Below, one piece after another: positions 24,360-38,659 of a stretch of 64,000 nucleotides of DNA. The notes below the pieces were generated by a model, which made no database searches, was not told the DNA's origin, and saw nothing but the letters and a program-made list of their open reading frames with translations. The position numbers and the translations under genes are program-made. Positions within the stretch are counted from its first letter, which is position 1, and the number at the start of each line of letters is the position of its first letter. Source of the stretch: the human T2T-CHM13v2.0 reference genome, Homo sapiens; assembly GCF_009914755.1 (NCBI RefSeq), contig NC_060926.1; one strand, 5' to 3'.

Positions 24360-26205
24360 CTTAATTATGCTACTATGAGGAATTGAGTTAACGAGTTACC
24401 AACTATTAAGCCCTTGTCACATTTCAAAAATAAAACCAATTGACTTTGCTGTATTGAAAATATGACTAAAGTTCATGCAATTCTTTCAACCATTCTTATA
24501 TCAGTATATAATTATGTATTGCTTCAGTTGTACTCATTAAATGTGATACCTCTTATTTTTCATATTTTGTGGTCAAAATTTGTATTGTTTCTTCCCGCAG
24601 GGTAATAAAACCTGAGAGGGGCTCAGAAGAAGATATTAGATATTTAATTAAAGCCCAAAGACTTATCTCACTCTCTTCCCTAAAGTATTGAAAGGAAATG
24701 AAGATAAGGGAAAAGAACGAAAGAGAAAAATCTCTCACAGAACTGTCCCAGACACAGAGAATGGACTGGATTAATATTTGCTCTCTTTCACTTTGCAGAA
24801 AATTGGGGGAAAAATTAGTGTTAAATATACAAGCAGTCATCCACGTGCTAGAATGTGCTATTATGAAAGACAAAAAAAGCCAGGTGTCCCTTTTTAACAG
24901 TGATGCTTGAGCTGAATTTTCAAGGAGCTAGTAAGCTAAAATGGTGAAATAAGATTGTAGAGTTATTTGTTTTTTTGTATTTCACACATTTATTAATTGG
25001 CTCACATTCATTGGGCATTCTTTTTCTTTAAGTACCATTTTTTTCCCAAATTGGCCTTCTCAATCTCCTTTGTTGCTTTCTCTTTCTCACATTTTGTACC
25101 TTCTCTTCTTAGTCTACACACCTTTCCAGCTTGAACTCATAATGTGTCACATTTTTTATCTATCATTGTTATGTTAATGAGTCTTAAACTGATACCCCAA
25201 TCTATGTATATCTACAGAACTTCAGATCACAAAGTAATTGTCTCATTGACATCTCCATCACATTTTCTTCCGGAAAAATTTAGGAGTGTCAAAAACTCAG
25301 AATTCATCCTACTTGTAAATCCTGCTCCTTCCTTGAGAATGCTTGCCCTTGGCAACAATTTACAAATCACCCTATTGTCCGAATATTATCTCAATGATGT
25401 TCCCTGCCTCTACTCCATTAGCACAGTGAATGTGACACAGCCTCTCAACATGATGTCATAAATACGAGCTCCGTGAAGGGTGTCATGCAGCCTCCAAAGC
25501 TCAATGAATTTTAATAAATTTTCTTGATAGTTAAATTTTCATCAGCTTTTCTGGTTGTTAATCACAAAATAAGCAGAGAAGGCAGTTTAGTGAAAGATAA
25601 ATTTTATTCAAAAATTGATTTATAAATATTTTGATAAGAGAAATCAAAATATTTTTAAGACAGATTTTCAAAAGTTTTACTTATATATGTAATTTTATAT
25701 TTCCATTATGTATTTTATATCTATATAGTGCAGACTCTAAAATGTGTTTCCACGTTTTTTTAAACAAATTTTTATTAAGGCTTATTTTGAGTTTTTGCTT
25801 AATAAAAATAAGGAAAGTAATGCAGAAGGCATATGGGACATTAAAAAATTAGTGAATCTTGTATTGCCTTAGGATCTTGTAGACAGTTTCAGTAGTATGA
25901 TAGGTGTAAATATATGCTTTCATTTTCTTATAGAATCTGGGGATTTAAGTATTCTTATATGAATTCTAGATGGCTGACGGGTTGAATTTATTTGGAAAAT
26001 GCTGTTGCATAGTATGTCCCTGTTTCTCTTCTTAACATTAAGTTTACAAAATTAATTTTAAAGATCTGATTCTTTTTTACTTCCAAATCAGAAGATACTG
26101 TAAGTGACATTTGCCACTAAGTGATAGGCCTATAGCTCAGGCTAGATTGTGAGATGTTCAAATTCAACTGGAGCTTTGCTAGTGATTTTAAATAAAATGT
26201 TTTAA

Positions 26206-26532
<327 letters not shown>

Positions 26533-27419
26533 TACTCTTTTTTAAGACTAGCCCTCCTTGTGTAGGATACAGAGATGAATGGTACAGTTCTCGACTTCAT
26601 GACACTCAAGTTAAAGGTGGTATTATTTGGTTTAAAAAGCACAAATACTGACAAATACAGAATAAACTTCTGAGTTTGCTATTACAATAAAATATTATTG
26701 GTTAAAATAATGATCTCTTTGCTTTTCTGTTCCTCATCTATACATTCATGAACTGGGAAACAAATTACAGTGAGATTAGATATACGTAAAAGTTAGACAA
26801 TGCTGATAAAGTACCTATTGCACAGTAGATTCACAGAAAATGTCAGGTTAATTTTCACCTTCATCTTCTCCTTTCTTTTATCATCCATATTTCTCCTTTA
26901 TTTAATTCAAACAAAAACATTTAATGTATATTATAAAACAAGATATATTACATTGAATAAATAAAAATACAATCAATGACATTTCTCTGCAATGCACATA
27001 AAAACCTATAACCTTGCTAGAATTTGGTCTCAACTTTGACTCAAAGTACCAGAATTTTTTTTAAAAAAATAGTGTTTTTGATTGTGTGTGTGTATACATA
27101 CATACATATATATATATGCAAACACTATATATTTGTACATAATGATAGGAGATCCTTGAATGCAAAGGCAACTAATAGAAAGTGCAGTAAAACTTTTAAA
27201 ATGTAAAAATATTTTTGATCTGGTCTTCTGTTTCACACAGCTCATGAAAACCACTAAACCCACTGAGATACAGTTTAGAGGCATCCTTTGTTTACACAAT
27301 TCTAAAATTTTCACCTGGCAATTCAGAAAAGATATAGAGGTGCAGTATAATTTCGCACTATTTCCAAGCCTCTAAGTAAAAACAGAGAAAAACTAGGATA
27401 ACAGAATCAAAATTCATGA

Positions 27420-29800
27420 ACAATAGATATTGTACAAGTTTTGCCTTGTGCATTATGAAACTCTTGCTTTATGCATATATACTTAGGATTTTTATCTACT
27501 TTCAGAAAATTAAACTGTGATAAGTATGTAATATTTTCTCAGTCCTTAATGATATCTCTTTTCCCTAAGTCTACCTTATCTAAAGTTAATGTAGCTACTG
27601 CAGCATTCTTTAGGTTAGCCTTTGTCTGGTATGTATTCATCCTTTCCCTTTCAGGCTAAGTCTTCCTTTATTGATTTTCTGGTTTTCTTTCTTTTTTTTT
27701 TTTTTTTTTTGCGTAGATCCAAGTGTCTTTCTTTCTGGCCTCATATGCTTTTGTCTAAAGAACTTCTATGTATATTTCTTGTAGATATTATATCTTCTGG
27801 CACTAAATCCTCTCAGGTTATCTTTGTATAGTACTTATAACATTGCTTTCAGTTGAGAAGTCCCTCGTTCTCAATTTTTTGGAATAGTTTCAGTAGTATT
27901 GGCACCAGTTCTTTTGTATGTCTGGTAGAATTTGGCTGTGAATCCATCTGGTCTATGATAGTTTCTTTTTTTTTTTTTGGTTGCTAGGTTTTTTTTATTA
28001 CTGATTTATTTTTGGAACTTGTTATTGGTCTGTTTATTTTTTTACTTCTTGGTGTGTTGATATTTTTACTTTCTTCCTGGTTCATTTATGACAGGTTGTG
28101 TCTTTCCAGGAATTTGTCCATTTCTTCTAGATTTTCTGTTTTTTGTGAATAGAGGTATTCATAGAAGTCTGTAAGAATCTTTTGTATTTCTGTGATATTG
28201 GTTGTAATGTCATCATTGACATTTCTTATTGTGCTTATTTGTATCTTTTCTTCTTTTTTTAATCTCTCTAGTGGTCTATCAATCTTGATTATTCCTTCAA
28301 ACAGCCAACTTTTAGTGTCATTAATCTTTTGTATGAATTTTGCATCTCAATTTCATCCAGTTCTTCTCTGATATTAGTTATTTCTTTTCTTCTACTAGCT
28401 TTGCTGTTGGTTTGGGTTTTCTCTATATATATCTTTTTTTTTGCTTTTTGTTTTTTAGTTTCTCTGAGTGCATTGTTAAATTATTAATTTGAGATTCTTC
28501 TGACTTCTTGAGGAAGACATATAGTGCTATAAAATTTCCTCTTAACACTGTGTTAGTGGCATCTCAAAGATTTTGGTAAGTTGTGTCTCTATTTTTATTA
28601 ATTTCAAAGAACTTTTGATATCTGCCTTAATTTTATGGTTCACATAAGAATTATTTAGGAGCAAGTTTATTATTTTCCATGTATTTGTATAGTTTTTAGA
28701 GATCTATATATTTTTATTGCACTGTGTTACAAGAGTGTGCTTGGTATGATTTCAATTTTCTTGAGTTTATTGAGACTTGCTTTATGATCAAGCATGTGGT
28801 TCATCTTAGAATACGTTTGCATGCAGATGAAAAGAATATATATTCTGTGGTTGTTGGGTGAAGTATTTTGTAGATGTCTATTAGGTTCTATTGGTCAAGT
28901 GTTGAATTAAATTCCAGCCTTTCTTTAGTCTTCCACAGTGATGGTCAGTCTAATGCAGTCAGGGAGGTGTTGAGGTCTCCCACTATTATTGTGTGTCTGT
29001 CTCAGATGTCTCTAATTTGTGCTAGATTTTTCTCACCAGTAAAGCAATACCCTTTTAAGTACTCCACCAGATACCCCCTGCAGTGTGAGAATTTCCCACT
29101 GTGGATTACGGGAACATCAACCTCTTCTATCAACTTTTTCCCACTCCTCTGTATGAGGAGAACATCAACTGGCCTTGTGTGAACTGCCCGTATTCTCTCT
29201 GCTCCTTTGGGCTGGTTCTTTTCTTGGTCTCCTTGAATATGTTCCTCACAGGCATTGACTGATCTGCACTCAGTGGCTGAATCCAGCTATGGACATCTCT
29301 ACAGATCTCTGGTTCTGTCTCTCTGTGCAGCTCTACCCTCAACCAGTACTCAGTCATGGAAACTGCAGTCACCTTGATCTTTCCAAATGTCCAAGTCTGT
29401 CTCTTCAACTTAGAGAGACCTATTGACTCCATGTACATTCCTTCTACAGCACTAAGTGCTGACATTCAGAAGTCTTCAGTTAGTACACTGGGGCTATCAT
29501 TAGGCTTCCTTTGTCTGTTTTTTTCTCTCTCAGGGTTCAATCTCTTGTGACCCCTATTGTGACTCCAATGTCTGAAAATTGTTCTTTCTTATTATATTTT
29601 TGTCCTTTGGTTTTTGTTTTACATATGATAGCAGAGTAAATCCTAGTTCTGTCACTTCATCTTTGCACAAAACAAGTCTGTGGGGAATTTTTAAATTACG
29701 GATTCATTTTTTTTCTAAACATAGACCAGCTATTCATTTTATCAACTTTTATCTTCCATCTGTTTTGGTAGCATGTATCTTTCAATGAATTGATCCATTT
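27420..29800 (-). mobile_element. Antisense L1 fragments; clear ORF2-region piece ~27860-29000, older L1M flanks
   Basis: TGGTAGAATTTGGCTGTGAATCCATCTGGTC, GATGAAAAGAATATATATTCTGTGG, AGGTCTCCCACTATTATTGTG. Confidence 0.75.
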
Positions 29801-30166
29801 TGTGTCAGCTGTTAAAGTTATCAATATTGGCCTTTGCCAGATTTTTTTCCTGAATAAATTATGTAAGCCAGTAGCTATTGGTTTGGGGGTTCCCATAAGA
29901 GTTTCTAGAGATGAGGCCTGTAGCACTGTTAAGAGTGTGGACCACACTAAAGGTTAGGTGTGGGATGAATGCCCCTCATCACTGTCCTGTGGGAGGCAGT
30001 ACCAGGCGGAAAGGTAAGCCCTTGTGGGTTGCTGCTATGTGCGAAACTGAGCCAGGCAACCTTTCTGAAATTGGGTCCTCCTCCTAATTGCTAGTCCAGT
30101 GTTTCAAATGTCTCCAACCAAAACTGCCAGACACTGCTCAGTCCTATTGGACAAAAGTTTTCTCTC

Positions 30167-30432
30167 TTTTTTTTTTTTTTTTTTTTGAGACAGGGTCTCA
30201 CTGGAGTACAGTGGTGCAATTTCAGCTCACTGCAACCTCTGCCTCCCAGGTTCAAGTGATCTTTCCAACTCAGATTCCTGAATTGCTGGGACCACAGGCA
30301 TGTGTCACCATGCCCAGCTAAATTATATTTTTATTTTTTATAGAGATGGAGTTTTGCTAGGTTGCCCAGGCTGGTCTCAAATCTCAGCTTCTCAAAGTGC
30401 TGGGACTACAGGCACAAGCCACAAGACCTGGT
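30167..30432 (-). mobile_element. AluJ with internal deletions
   Basis: GAGACAGGGTCTCAC...GTTGCCCAGGCTGGTCTC. Confidence 0.85.
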
Positions 30433-33400
30433 CTGGTTTCCTGATTCCTTTAGGCACTGTCCATCCCTGTGTTTCCTGAGTGCTGTCTAATGCCATAAAA
30501 ACCTCGAATCACTGGTCTTCATCCCCACTGCACCCCAAGTACCCAAAGCCTTTGTCTCCAGGTATTATGCCTTTGAAGAAAAAAAACCATAGCCTTCAAA
30601 CTTCTTTAGTGCCAGCCACCTTCCCTCTCTACTGTCACTGCCAGTCACTCATTTATCCTGTATGATGGACAGAGGAACCCTTGGCCTTGGCCCTGAGCAT
30701 AGCCAAGCACTGGGCTATGGTGAGTGACTGGGACTTCAGGAAGGTCCAATCCGTGGTGCAGTGGATATCCCAGAGAAAATACTGTAGTCAAAGCCTCTGA
30801 AGCCAGTACAGGAGGAAAGTTTTTTAAATAAGTAATTGGAAAGTGAGGTGGATAGAAGCTAATTACTTCAGTCTAGCCATTGTAGTTTGCTGAATTTTTG
30901 TCTAGAGCAAAAATAGCTTTGAAGCACTGTGCACATGCTCTGCTTGACTACTGCTCTCTTGAAAGAACCCGTGACCATGTGGCTCATAGCAGAATTTCCA
31001 CTGGAACTAACAGCATCACTCTGTCTCCAGACCCTGATGTTCCAGGGCCCTCTACTCTTGTCTTATGCTCCTGCTCTGTGAAAAGTTGAAGAAAGCATTC
31101 ACCCTGTTTTCCCAAACCCTACCCCCTAGAACGCCATTTCTGTGAAGCCACACAACATCTGTTTCCCAACATCTGCAAAACCCAGAAGAAGAGAGGGAGC
31201 TCCAACTGTCTGGGAGCACTATTGGTCTATGTGATTTATTGTGTTTATCTAAAGTGTTGTTGACATTTATTATTTTTATTTTATTTAACAAATTCAAAAG
31301 TGCTATGGAATATGTTCACATTATAAAGAAAAACAAGTTAGCAATGGCCTGTGTCCTCTACATGTTAAAAGATAAAATACTGCCTTTCACTCCCAGGCCC
31401 AATGTGTGCCTCTTTCTTTGCCCACTGTGCTCCTTCCCAGAGCAACAGCTGCTAGGCAGTTTATTGAAAGCCACATGCTTGCTTACCTTATCACTTCCTA
31501 CCTGTGCTTCTGGCCCTCAATAATATAGTGTATATTTCTGCAGTTTTGCTTATTTTGAAACTATAGAAATATCATAATCTGTATATTCTTCTGTAATTTT
31601 ATTTTTCCCTCAAGCTTGTGTTCCTCCTTTTTTCAGATTTGCAACATGTTCTGTTTTCTCCTACGTAAGCCCATATTATTGTCTAGCTCCTGTGCTATCA
31701 GTTTTCATCACCACAGGCACATTTTTGAAATTGCTGTTCATAACTTTTGGTATCCCCAAGGGATCATTGTACTGTTCAGTGTAAAATACTTGCAATACCC
31801 AATTACATGCTCTTTAATTCCTAGAATTTATCTCACAAACAAAATTTTACCTGAAATACCTGTGGACATTTAACATCTGTTTGTCTCTCTGAAATCAGCT
31901 TTATTTTCAGTCTATTGAGAAATTTTGCCTGAACACCTTAAGGGTTACCAAATTTCTCAAAATCCCTGTATGTGCCTTCGACTTACCACTTGTTGAACTT
32001 TTTTTGAATATTTTTTAGAGTTCTGATACATTAGAGTCTAGAAATAATAAGAAGAATGTGACCCTACATTAAAAAGTTTTATTATCTTTACATTTTTACT
32101 ATTGTTCTACTCATTTACAGAATGTCATAAACCATGATAATTTCAGATCACATTCTTAATGGGCAGAAATTTTGAAAAGATTAACAAAACAGATAGACAA
32201 GATTATAGCACGTCTGTGTTGAAAAGGTTCTGATGGAAATAACAGTCTCATACTTATCATCCACTCTTTGGTTATTCTATACTCCTCATTTAGGTTTTTT
32301 TATTTCATTGGATTTTTTGTCCATAAATATGTCATTTCATTTAATAGCTTCTTCTGTGGGGTAAAATAACTATGAATGTGAGTATCAGAAAACAAGCATT
32401 ATGGATTTCAGACCTTAACTGATGGACAGGGGTCAGAAATACTGAATGAAAGTACTTTAGGGAGAGTAGAAGGATCATGTTTGCCTGCTTACTCTCTATA
32501 ATAGTCTATTTAAGATTATTTCAGACTGTAGACCATGTGTAATATAATCATTTACAGGAGAAAACAAATAATGATTCTATATAGCATCTTCATAAGCATC
32601 TTCTATGAACACTTCTTTTTTGCTAATTCCAGTATACTATATATTTGTTTAAGGTACTAAATTTTTCCAATGTAAAAGCCTCTTTTTCCATAAGTTTTCT
32701 TAGCCAGTGGTTCTCTGAAAATTTAGACTGTATCTTGATGTTAGCAAAGTTATGTATAAGTAAAACTTTAATCAATTGACTTTATCACTCTCCCATTGGT
32801 ATTCAAAACTCATAAATGCAAGTACATTTATGTATTTTATTCACGGATTTATCTTCCATGCTTAGAATACTGCATGGTACAAATTAGGCATTCAGTAGAA
32901 AATGGAGTGCTCATCATTATGAACCTCATCTTCCTTTTAATCTCTTTACCTCTGCCACCCTGAGATTTAATCTTATTATTTCATCTAATTGTCATAACCC
33001 TCCCCTCTTGAGTACATCTCCAACATTACCCTATGAGAAAGTGGTGTAGCCTTTGATCAAAATTTAAATCAGCTAACCAAGAAACCATTGCTTTCTAAAC
33101 AACTACGGTAATTTAATCGAAAATTATATTTGGGTATATTTACTGTTCTAGGCACCATCAACTTTAAAATATGATGTTTAATACATTATCCTTATAACCA
33201 GGTGAAAGTTTCAATAAGAATAAACAAATTGATAAAACATAGCCATATGGAGAATGCCAATGATCTCTATTCTGTCTCTCACTCATGATCTAGAAAATGC
33301 CTTCCTTGCAACCCATTGATAAAAATGCATGAGTACATTGTATATACAAGACATATTAACAAAATCAAATTTCTCCTTTGATATCTGTTGTCATTTTAAA

Positions 33401-33439
33401 CAGGTCCCCACCCAAAATCAGCTTCTAAGTACATTATAA

Positions 33440-34240
33440 AAAAAAAACATGCAGCAAACAAACATATGAAAAAAATGCTCAACATCACTAATCATTAGGG
33501 AAATGCAAATCAAAACCACAATGAGATGCCATCTCACACCAATGAGAATGGCCATTATTAAAAAGTCAAAAATAACAGATGCTGACAAGAGCATGAAGAA
33601 AGGGAAACACTTATATACTGCTGAAGGAAGTATAAATTAGTTCAGCCTTTATAGAAAGTAGTGTACATTTTTCAAAATACTTAAAACATAATTGCCATTA
33701 GACTCAGAAATTCTATTATTGGGTATATACCCAAAGGAATACAATTTGTTCTAACATAAAGACACCCACACACCTCTGTTTACTACAGCACTATTTTCAA
33801 TAGCAAAGGCATGGAATCAACCTAAATGCCCATAAACAGTAGACTGGATAAAGAAAATGTGGTACATATACAACATGAAATACAATAAAGCCATAAAAAA
33901 TGATATCATGTCTTTTGCAGCAACATGAATAAAGCTGGAGATCGTCATCATAAGCAAACTAATGCAGGAACAGAGGACCAAATACCATATGTTCTCACTT
34001 ATAAGTGGGAACTAAACAATGAGAACAAATGGACACAAAAAGAGTAGAAGACATGAGGGCCTACTTGAAGCTGGAGTGTGGAAGGAAGAAGACAAAAACG
34101 AGCAAACAAACAAACAAAATTATTGTGTACTATATTTATTACCTGGGTGACTAAATAATCTGTACACCAAATCCCCATGACACACACTTTACCTGTACAG
34201 CAAGGCTACCACCGACCTCTAAACCTGAAATAACATTTTC
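33440..34240 (+). mobile_element. L1PB/L1MA-type 3' end
   Basis: GAAATGCAAATCAAAACCACAATGAG...CACCAAATCCCCATGACACAC. Confidence 0.85.
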
Positions 34241-35148
34241 TTAAAAGAATTATAGTAAACTTTGTAAAATTGAATCATGTTTCAACCAGCCTCTTTATAT
34301 ATAAATATAATAAGCTGTTGAATCTGTCATATCTTTATCATCTACATCCCTGCATTGAAACACACCAATAATTAAATAATTGAACACAGCAATATACTTC
34401 AAGTCCTTTAAAACTGGTAAGAACCAGTTTCTATTGTGAAATAAAAAGTAATGATCATGTAATAAACATTTATTTTACAAAAGTAGATATTGTGGTCCTC
34501 ATTTCTACAGGAGGTTAGCACAAATGGCACTCTCATTCCTGAGGATTTCTGATAATTACCAGCATCACTTTTTTGCAGGCCTAAAGATTTCCTGACTTTT
34601 TTAGAATTGGTCCATCATCAGAAGCTTCTGAAGAGAAAAAATTACCACAATCAGAAAGAATATTTTCCTAATTATTTCATGCATTATTTACTTGTGTATT
34701 GAGAATAGTTTCTCTTTTATGTATATATGAATGCACCACTTTTACTACACTTGATTGTAGCCAACAGACTCAGAAGCAAAACCACCTATAAAGTAGTATG
34801 TAATACATGTGAGGCCTATTTATAGAATAAAATGTTACTAAATAATTTATAGGATGTACAAAAGAGAATTATAAGATAACTGGCAAATGCTGTTGAGTCC
34901 TTACCGTACATATGAACAACCAAAAATATATAAAACAATAGACAAAAAATCATTATATTAATTCAAAAATACATAGTGAAATGACATGACAAAATAATTT
35001 ATAAATAGGATATAGAAATTGAGTCATTTTTACCAACTAAGTGAACATTATTTCGTAAAAACAATCTCAGTTTGCTGATGTGTAAATTAAATTATGTTTG
35101 TTCAGCTTCACATAGTAGAAACTTCGCTTCTGTAAATTGTGAACTCAC

Positions 35149-35440
35149 CTGAGGAACATACCTATGGTCTTACCAATGCTTGCTGTAGAAGTAACATGAC
35201 ATCAGTTTAGGGATCAGGACCTCATAGTGTAGCAGTGTTAGCTCTCACAAGTCTCTGCAGCCAAGTGAAGACTGACTATTATAGAGAAGAGTAAGCCTGG
35301 TTCCTTGAGTGTCTTTTTATTGAAACTTTGAAGGCCACAACCATGTCTTTCAAGTTATGGCATTTCAGGAGTCTTCAGATCGGTGTAACAATGGATAATT
35401 AGGTTTCTTCAAAAGATTGATTTACCTTGGCAAATCTTAA
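35149..35440 (-). promoter_or_regulatory. Orphan TRIM43-type promoter plus non-coding exon 1 with intact donor
   Basis: Minus strand GAAGAAACCTAATTA...GGTTGTGG...AATAAAAAG...GAGGTCCTGATCCCT...TTACTTCTACAGCAAGCA...GACCATAGGTATGTTCCTCAG|GTGAGT aligns with 55000-55310 and 60490-60770. Confidence 0.75.
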
Positions 35441-35797
35441 AAAAATCTTCAAATATCATCTCATTAAGAATCATAAATTTTTCAACAATAAACTTCCAAA
35501 TGATGACTTTTTATCTAAAAGAATTTTTTAAATTTTAAAAAAAAAATATTTTATCAGTTAATAATTTTAGCCAATATCTTGGAATCTTTGGAAATATTTT
35601 GCCTGATGTTGGCTTTACATACATATTGTAACTGTAGAAAACATTTTATTTCTTGTATCGATTTATTTTTGTATTTTAATGCAAAAACTCAATGTAAGAA
35701 CAACTTTGATGCCCACTTCAGAAGGGAGATTTTCCTTACCTCTCACACTCCAGATAAGGCAGCCTAAAATTTTTCTCTTAACAGTGGGATACATAAA

Positions 35798-36803
35798 TGT
35801 AGGGAAAAGAAAGAGAGATCAGACTGTTACTGTGTCTATGTAGAAAGGAAAGACATAAGAGACTCCATTTGGAAAAAGACCTGTACTTTAAATAATTGCT
35901 TTGCTGAGATGTTGTTAATTTGCAGCTTTGCCCCAGCCACTTTGACCCAACCTGGAGCTCACAAAAACATGTGTTGTATGAAATCAAGGTTTAAGGGATC
36001 TAGGGCTGTGCAGGACGTGCCTTGTTAACAAAATGTTTACAAGCAGTATACTTGGTAAAAGTCATCGCCATTCTCTAGTCTCAATAAACCAGGGGCACAA
36101 TGCACTGCGGAAAGCCGCAGGGACCTCTGCCCTTGAAAGCTGGGTATTGTCCAAGGTTTCTCCCTATGTGATAGTCTGAAATATGGCCTCGTGGGATGAG
36201 AAAGACCTGACCATCCCCCAGCCCAACACCCGTAAAGGGTCTGTGCTGACGTGGATTAGTAAAAGAGGAAAGCCTCTTGCAGTTGAGATAGAGGAAGGCC
36301 ACTGTCTCCTGCCTGCCCCTGGGAACTGAATGTCTCGGTATAAAACCTGATTGTACATTTGTTTAATTCTGAGATAAGAGAAAAACCGCCCTATGGTGGG
36401 AGGCGAGACATGTTTGCAGCAATGCTGCCTTGTTATTCTTTACTCTGCTGAGATGTTTGGGTGGAGAGAAACATAAATCTGGCCTATGTGCACATCCAGT
36501 CATAGTACCTTCCCTTAAACTTAATTATGATGTAGATTCTATTGCTCACATGTTTTTGTCCTTATTATCACCCTGCCCTCCTGCTACATTCCTTTTTGCT
36601 GAAATAATGAAGATAATAATCAATAATAACTGAGGGAACTCAGAGACCGGTGCCGGTGCAGGTCCTTGGTATGCTGAGCACCGGTCCCCTGGACCCACTG
36701 TTGTTTCTATATAGTTTGTCTCTGTGTCTTATTTCTTTTCTCAGTCTCTCGTCCCACCCGACTAGAAATACCCACAGGTGTGGAGGGGCAGGCCACCCCT
36801 TCA
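35798..36803 (+). mobile_element. HERV-K(HML-2) solo LTR, LTR5A-type
   Basis: TGTAGGGAAAAGAAAGAGAGATCAG...GGCCACCCCTTCA, 1006 bp, TG..CA ends, 6-bp TSD CATAAA/CATAAT. Confidence 0.92.
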
Positions 36804-37929
36804 CATAATTCTCTGCATGGCATTCCCCAACCCCTCTCAGGGATATAAGAGAGAAACACTACGAAGCATCAGTCCAGAGAACCCCTGTATCAGACCAGAG
36901 GAAGGAAGTTGTATTCAGGTAAATCAAAATTTATTTCTACTTGAGAAAATAATTAGGATGGAGAACTTTCCACCACAAGCACATTAAGTCCAGTACTTAT
37001 GGAGTATGAAGGGATGCTACCCTAAAACTTTGAGAAACCCCCTTCTGATTACAATTGAACTGGATATCTTTCAAACAATCTGAGAGACCCAATCTATGGA
37101 CTTTGAAGAAGCAGCTCAAATCTGTGCACAGAAGTTTTTAGAAAAGTGCCTTGGTTTCACAAAGAATAGTGTGGGTCAGTGGAATGAGACAATAACACTG
37201 AAGAGCTGGAGGTGCAAAATGCTAAGAAGAGTGAAGGAAAAGGAGGGAGCCTCACCTTCTAGGATGCCTCACTTTGTACATAGGTAAAGCTGGACTATTC
37301 CACCACAAGGTGTCTATCACGTTGCTGTGTTTCTCTGAGATCTGGGAGTTTTCCAGAATGGAGCCATTCAGAGACAGGACAGGAGGTTTCACTCTGGGGG
37401 CAGAAGGCTGAGACTTAGGAGGAATAATCTCTATGGGAAAGATGCAGCTGAGCAGATAGTTGGATGCAGGTGCATAGTGGAAGAAGAGAGAGGAATAAAC
37501 TTTTAAAAGCTGCAAGTCCCAGAAATCTCCTGACTCTCCAACACCAGTGAATACAGTCATCCAAATGGGGGAGAAGAAGCCAAGGGAAACCTGGAAGAAG
37601 GAAATTGGAGATGAGAAGTTGCAAGGGGAAGCTCTTACTGCTCACTAGACAGAGCAAACTCTTAGCCTCAGAAATAAGGAGCAAAGGGAGAAAGTCTGGC
37701 TCTTGCTCTGGGACCAACACAGTAGAGAATTATGCAATAACTCCTCCAGACCCCTCTAACATTGCTGGAAGGGACGTCTGTGAGGTTTTCTTGCTCCTAT
37801 AGTTTCTCTAGAGATTCTAAATTCCAAATTCCATGTCTGAACCAGGAGCTTTCCAGTTTTCTCTGTATATATATATATTTTTTTTTACCAGAGCAGATAA
37901 ACATACATTACCCCATGCATGCTAAGGTC

Positions 37930-38459
37930 TTGAAACCGTGTTTTTAAAATTTATGAAATGAATCATGCAAGAATATATAGAGAGAAATGTAAATAAAACA
38001 AGCTTGCAAAAGTTTCAGCATTAATCATTATGTCAGCGTGCTCTCTGACCTGCTTTTTGATAGTCATTGCCTATTGTGCTAGAGTCATGTAGACCCTAGA
38101 TTATAGTTCCTCTTAATTGTCCTATTCTGCAGACTGGTGAAACTACAGACTCTGCTTGTCTGAAAGAGCCCATAAGCAATGGACTCACCAAATAATCCAG
38201 TCTCCACATCCTAAGGAGTCCATCCCTCTTGCTCCAAATAATCAACAACCCTAATTTTCCAGCTTTTCACATTTCACAATCTCCTTAAAAATCCCAGCCC
38301 AGAACTCTTTGAAGAGATGGATTTGAGGGTCTCCTCCAATCTCCGCATTCAGCACCCTGTGATCATTAAACTTGTTCTCCCTTGCATCTCTGCTATCTCA
38401 GTGTGATTGATGTTACTTTACAGCAGCCTTTTACTGTGCAACCTGTTGGTCCTATATCA
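37930..38459 (+). mobile_element. ERV1 LTR of the MER31/MER34 group
   Basis: GTAGACCCTAGATTATAGTTCC, GAGATGGATTTGAGGGTCTCCTCC, ATTAAAC, end CCTGTTGGTCCTATATCA. Confidence 0.65.
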
Positions 38460-38659
38460 GTCTGACAATTCTAAATTCCAGCCCAGCCTTAAACGTTGTA
38501 ATGAAGGTATATAATATTTATCAAACAAGGAAGATAAAAGATATTTATTGACAGTTTGTTAGCTAGAGTTACACATTTTAAACATTTAGATATTTGTAGG
38601 TGAGTCTCAGTTTATTTTCTTGCACTGGCTTCATAAGTATGAGAAGGTGTCTGTGAAAA

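Noticed and set aside
29900-31200. Donor-like sites (AAG|GTAAGC ~30013, ATG|GTGAGT ~30719) suggesting exons
   Set aside because: No recognisable protein homology or convincing paired acceptors
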